Made by a program: the position numbers and the translations under genes. Shown in pieces: positions 21,907 through 24,000 of a DNA stretch of 24,000 bases. The notes under the pieces were generated by a model. That model made no database searches, was not told where the DNA came from, and saw only the letters and a program-made list of their open reading frames with translations. This DNA is from Vescimonas coprocola (GTDB taxonomy: Bacteria; Bacillota; Clostridia; Oscillospirales; Oscillospiraceae), in assembly GCF_018408575.1 (NCBI RefSeq), contig NZ_AP023418.1, forward strand, positions 872,415 through 896,414, given 5' to 3'. The first letter of the stretch is position 1; each line of letters starts with the position of its first letter.

Positions 21907-23850
21907 TTACTCGGCGTCCTCGTCCCCGTCGTTCAGCAGAGCACGGATGGACAGGGAGATCTTTTGCTTCTCCTCATCCACAGCGGTGATCTTGGCATCC
22001 ACGATCTGGCCCTCGGACAGAACATCACCGGGCTTCTCGATGCGGCGATCGGCGATCTGGGAGATGTGGATCAGGCCATCCACACCGGGAACGACCTCAG
22101 CGAAAGCGCCGAAGGTCATCAGCTTCACGATACGGACGGAAGCCACGTCGCCCACCTTGTAGGTCTCCATGAACTTGTCCCAAGGATTGCAGGAACGGTC
22201 CTTCACACCCAGAGAGATCTTGTGCTTCTCAGGATCGAAGGAGATGACGTACACATCCAGCGTGTCGCCCACAGAAACCACCTCAGCGGGGTTCTTGATG
22301 CGGGACCAGGACAGCTCGGAGATATGTACCATGCCGTCCACGCCGCCGATGTCCACAAACACGCCATAGCTGGTCATGGACTTGACGGTGCCGGTATAGT
22401 GCTTACCCACCTCGATGCTCTCCCAGATGGCGGCCTGAGCAGCCTGACGCTCCTCATACTGCACGGCACGGATGGAACCCACCACACGGCGGCGGGCGCG
22501 ATTGACCTCGGTGATCCGCAGGGAGACGGTCTGGCCGATCATCTGGCTCAGATCAGCACCACGGGGCTGACCGCTCTGAGAGGCGGGAACGAACACACGC
22601 ACACCCTTGACGTTGACGACGATGCCGCCCTTGTTCTCCTCGGTGACCTTGCCCTCAAGAGTGGTTTTGTTCTCGCAGGCCTCAGCGATATCCTCCCAGA
22701 CCTTCACGGCGTCCAGACGCTTCTTGGAGAGCATAGCGTAGCCCTCCACGTCGTTGACACGGATGATGTAGGTCTCGATCTCGTCACCCACCTTCACCAC
22801 GTCCTCAGGCTTCACGCTGGAATCGGCGGACAACTCTTCCGCGGAAATATAGCCTGCCTGCTTGCAGCCCAGATCCACCTGAACCTCGGTGGGACCCACG
22901 GCCGTCACGATACCGGTTACCTTCTCTCCTGTATTTAAAGTCTTAAAGGATTTGTCCAGCAGTTCCTCAAAGCTCTCTTCCTGGGGTTCCATGTTCTTGA
23001 TTTCTTCGCTCATTGTTGTATATACCTCCTTAATGATGCCCGCCGGGGTGGACGCGCCGGCCGTAAGCCCCGCCATTGTGCATCCGGAAAGAAAGCCCGT
23101 CGTCAGCTCCCCCGCCTGTTCGATCTGATACACGACAGGGCAAGCCTTACGGCAGATCTCCGCTAAATGCTTCGTGTTGGCACTTTTACGATCTCCGACC
23201 ACGACCATTACGTCAGCCTGAGCCGCCAATTCGGCTGCCTCCAACTGACGCCTATGCGTAGCGCTACATATTGTATCAAAGATTTTTGCGTTTGTACACA
23301 GTTTTTTTAAAATTTCTTTGGAAGTTTCCCAAATTGTTCGGATGCAGGTGGTCTGAGCCACCGCCGTCAGGGACAGAGACTGCCGGGAAGGCTCCTGCAG
23401 GAGCCATTTTTCAAGCTCCTCCGGCCCCGGAAAGATGACGCTGCGATCCGACCAGCTGGCCACACCCATGACCTCCGGATGCCGAGGCTCCCCAATGATA
23501 AGGGGGATACGCCCCTCCCGGTCGGCCTGCGCCACCAGCTGCTGGATCCGCAGTACGTTAGGACAGGTGGCGTTGACACACACCGATCCCAGTTGCTCCA
23601 GACGGTCAAAGACCTCCTTGCGCTCCCCGTGGGAGCGGATGATCACCGTCTCGCCGGGGCGGACCTCCTCCACGGAGTCCACCTGTCTGGCCCCCAGCGC
23701 CTCCAGCTCCGCCACCACATGGACGTTGTGGATGATGCTGCCCAGCATGGCGCAGCCGCCCTTTTCACGGGCTGTCTCCTCCGCCAGCTTCACAGCCCGC
23801 TCCACGCCGTAACAGAAACCGGCGCTTTTAGCTACTCTTACCTCTGCCAT
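21907..23850 (-). CDS. ispH: Bifunctional 4-hydroxy-3-methylbut-2-enyl diphosphate reductase / ribosomal protein S1-domain fusion
   Basis: The N-terminal IspH/LytB part is MAEVRVAKSAGFCYGVERAV...IIHN. It is followed by four S1-like repeats (GEKVTGIV, LEGKVT, GKHYTGTVKS, VGDVASVRIV). This fusion is known in Clostridia. Confidence 0.93.
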   Translation of the reverse strand: MAEVRVAKSAGFCYGVERAVKLAEETAREKGGCAMLGSIIHNVHVVAELEALGARQVDSVEEVRPGETVIIRSHGERKEVFDRLEQLGSVCVNATCPNVLRIQQLVAQADREGRIPLIIGEPRHPEVMGVASWSDRSVIFPGPEELEKWLLQEPSRQSLSLTAVAQTTCIRTIWETSKEILKKLCTNAKIFDTICSATHRRQLEAAELAAQADVMVVVGDRKSANTKHLAEICRKACPVVYQIEQAGELTTGFLSGCTMAGLTAGASTPAGIIKEVYTTMSEEIKNMEPQEESFEELLDKSFKTLNTGEKVTGIVTAVGPTEVQVDLGCKQAGYISAEELSADSSVKPEDVVKVGDEIETYIIRVNDVEGYAMLSKKRLDAVKVWEDIAEACENKTTLEGKVTEENKGGIVVNVKGVRVFVPASQSGQPRGADLSQMIGQTVSLRITEVNRARRRVVGSIRAVQYEERQAAQAAIWESIEVGKHYTGTVKSMTSYGVFVDIGGVDGMVHISELSWSRIKNPAEVVSVGDTLDVYVISFDPEKHKISLGVKDRSCNPWDKFMETYKVGDVASVRIVKLMTFGAFAEVVPGVDGLIHISQIADRRIEKPGDVLSEGQIVDAKITAVDEEKQKISLSIRALLNDGDEDAE

Positions 23851-24000
23851 TGGATTCCTCCCAGCGCATAGGCCCGACGCATGATCTCCTCGGCGTTGGA
23901 CTGATACTCCTCCGCCGTTCCCTTCCGGCCGGTATATACCGGGTCGTAGGGCTTTCCGATGATGATGGACACCCGGTGAAACAGGCGCTTGTCCCGGCCG
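23838..24000 (-). CDS. C-terminal end of an upstream gene, possibly a lysophospholipid (PlsC-type) acyltransferase; partial
   Basis: The frame reads ...GRDKRLFHRVSIIIGKPYDPVYTGRKGTAEEYQSNAEEIMRRAYALGGIQWQR*. It overlaps the ispH start by 13 nt. The family assignment rests only on the short C-terminal tail and the usual neighbourhood. Confidence 0.4.
   Translation of the reverse strand, partial: GRDKRLFHRVSIIIGKPYDPVYTGRKGTAEEYQSNAEEIMRRAYALGGIQWQR

Overview
This is a high-GC chromosomal segment from an endospore-forming Firmicute. The Clostridia-type assignment is an inference from gene content: spoIVA, spoIIAA-spoIIAB-sigF, a T-box-controlled valS, an IspH-S1 fusion, coaX, crcB, a LysR-YeeE-TusA module and a MATE exporter. 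Most genes are ordinary and tightly packed, but two parts are unusual. (1) nt ~237-7320 is a visibly lower-GC island of about 7 kb, lying between a truncated ABC-exporter gene and crcB. It carries a large serine recombinase that has lost its start and catalytic N-terminus, an intact small serine recombinase and an XRE regulator. It also carries a lipoprotein/membrane-protein pair and a leftward operon of unknown-function genes (tandem paralogues, a two-HTH protein, two tiny overlapping ORFs). Several sets of repeated palindromic operator-like sites are present. I recognise no conjugation, capsid or replication genes, so I read it as a decayed integrative element. (2) nt 13575-15022 is a 1.45 kb ORF-free gap between coaX and sigF. 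On the minus strand it holds two consensus sigma-A promoters (one perfect TTGACA-N17-TATAAT) and intrinsic terminators. It also holds a 186-nt GC-rich nested-helix domain, three TTGAACAAA(A)T palindromes and internal repeats. I interpret it as a cluster of unannotated non-coding RNA genes, with a small palindromic mobile repeat as the alternative, and I consider it the most interesting candidate here. All calls come from reading the sequence and ORF track by eye. No database search was possible.
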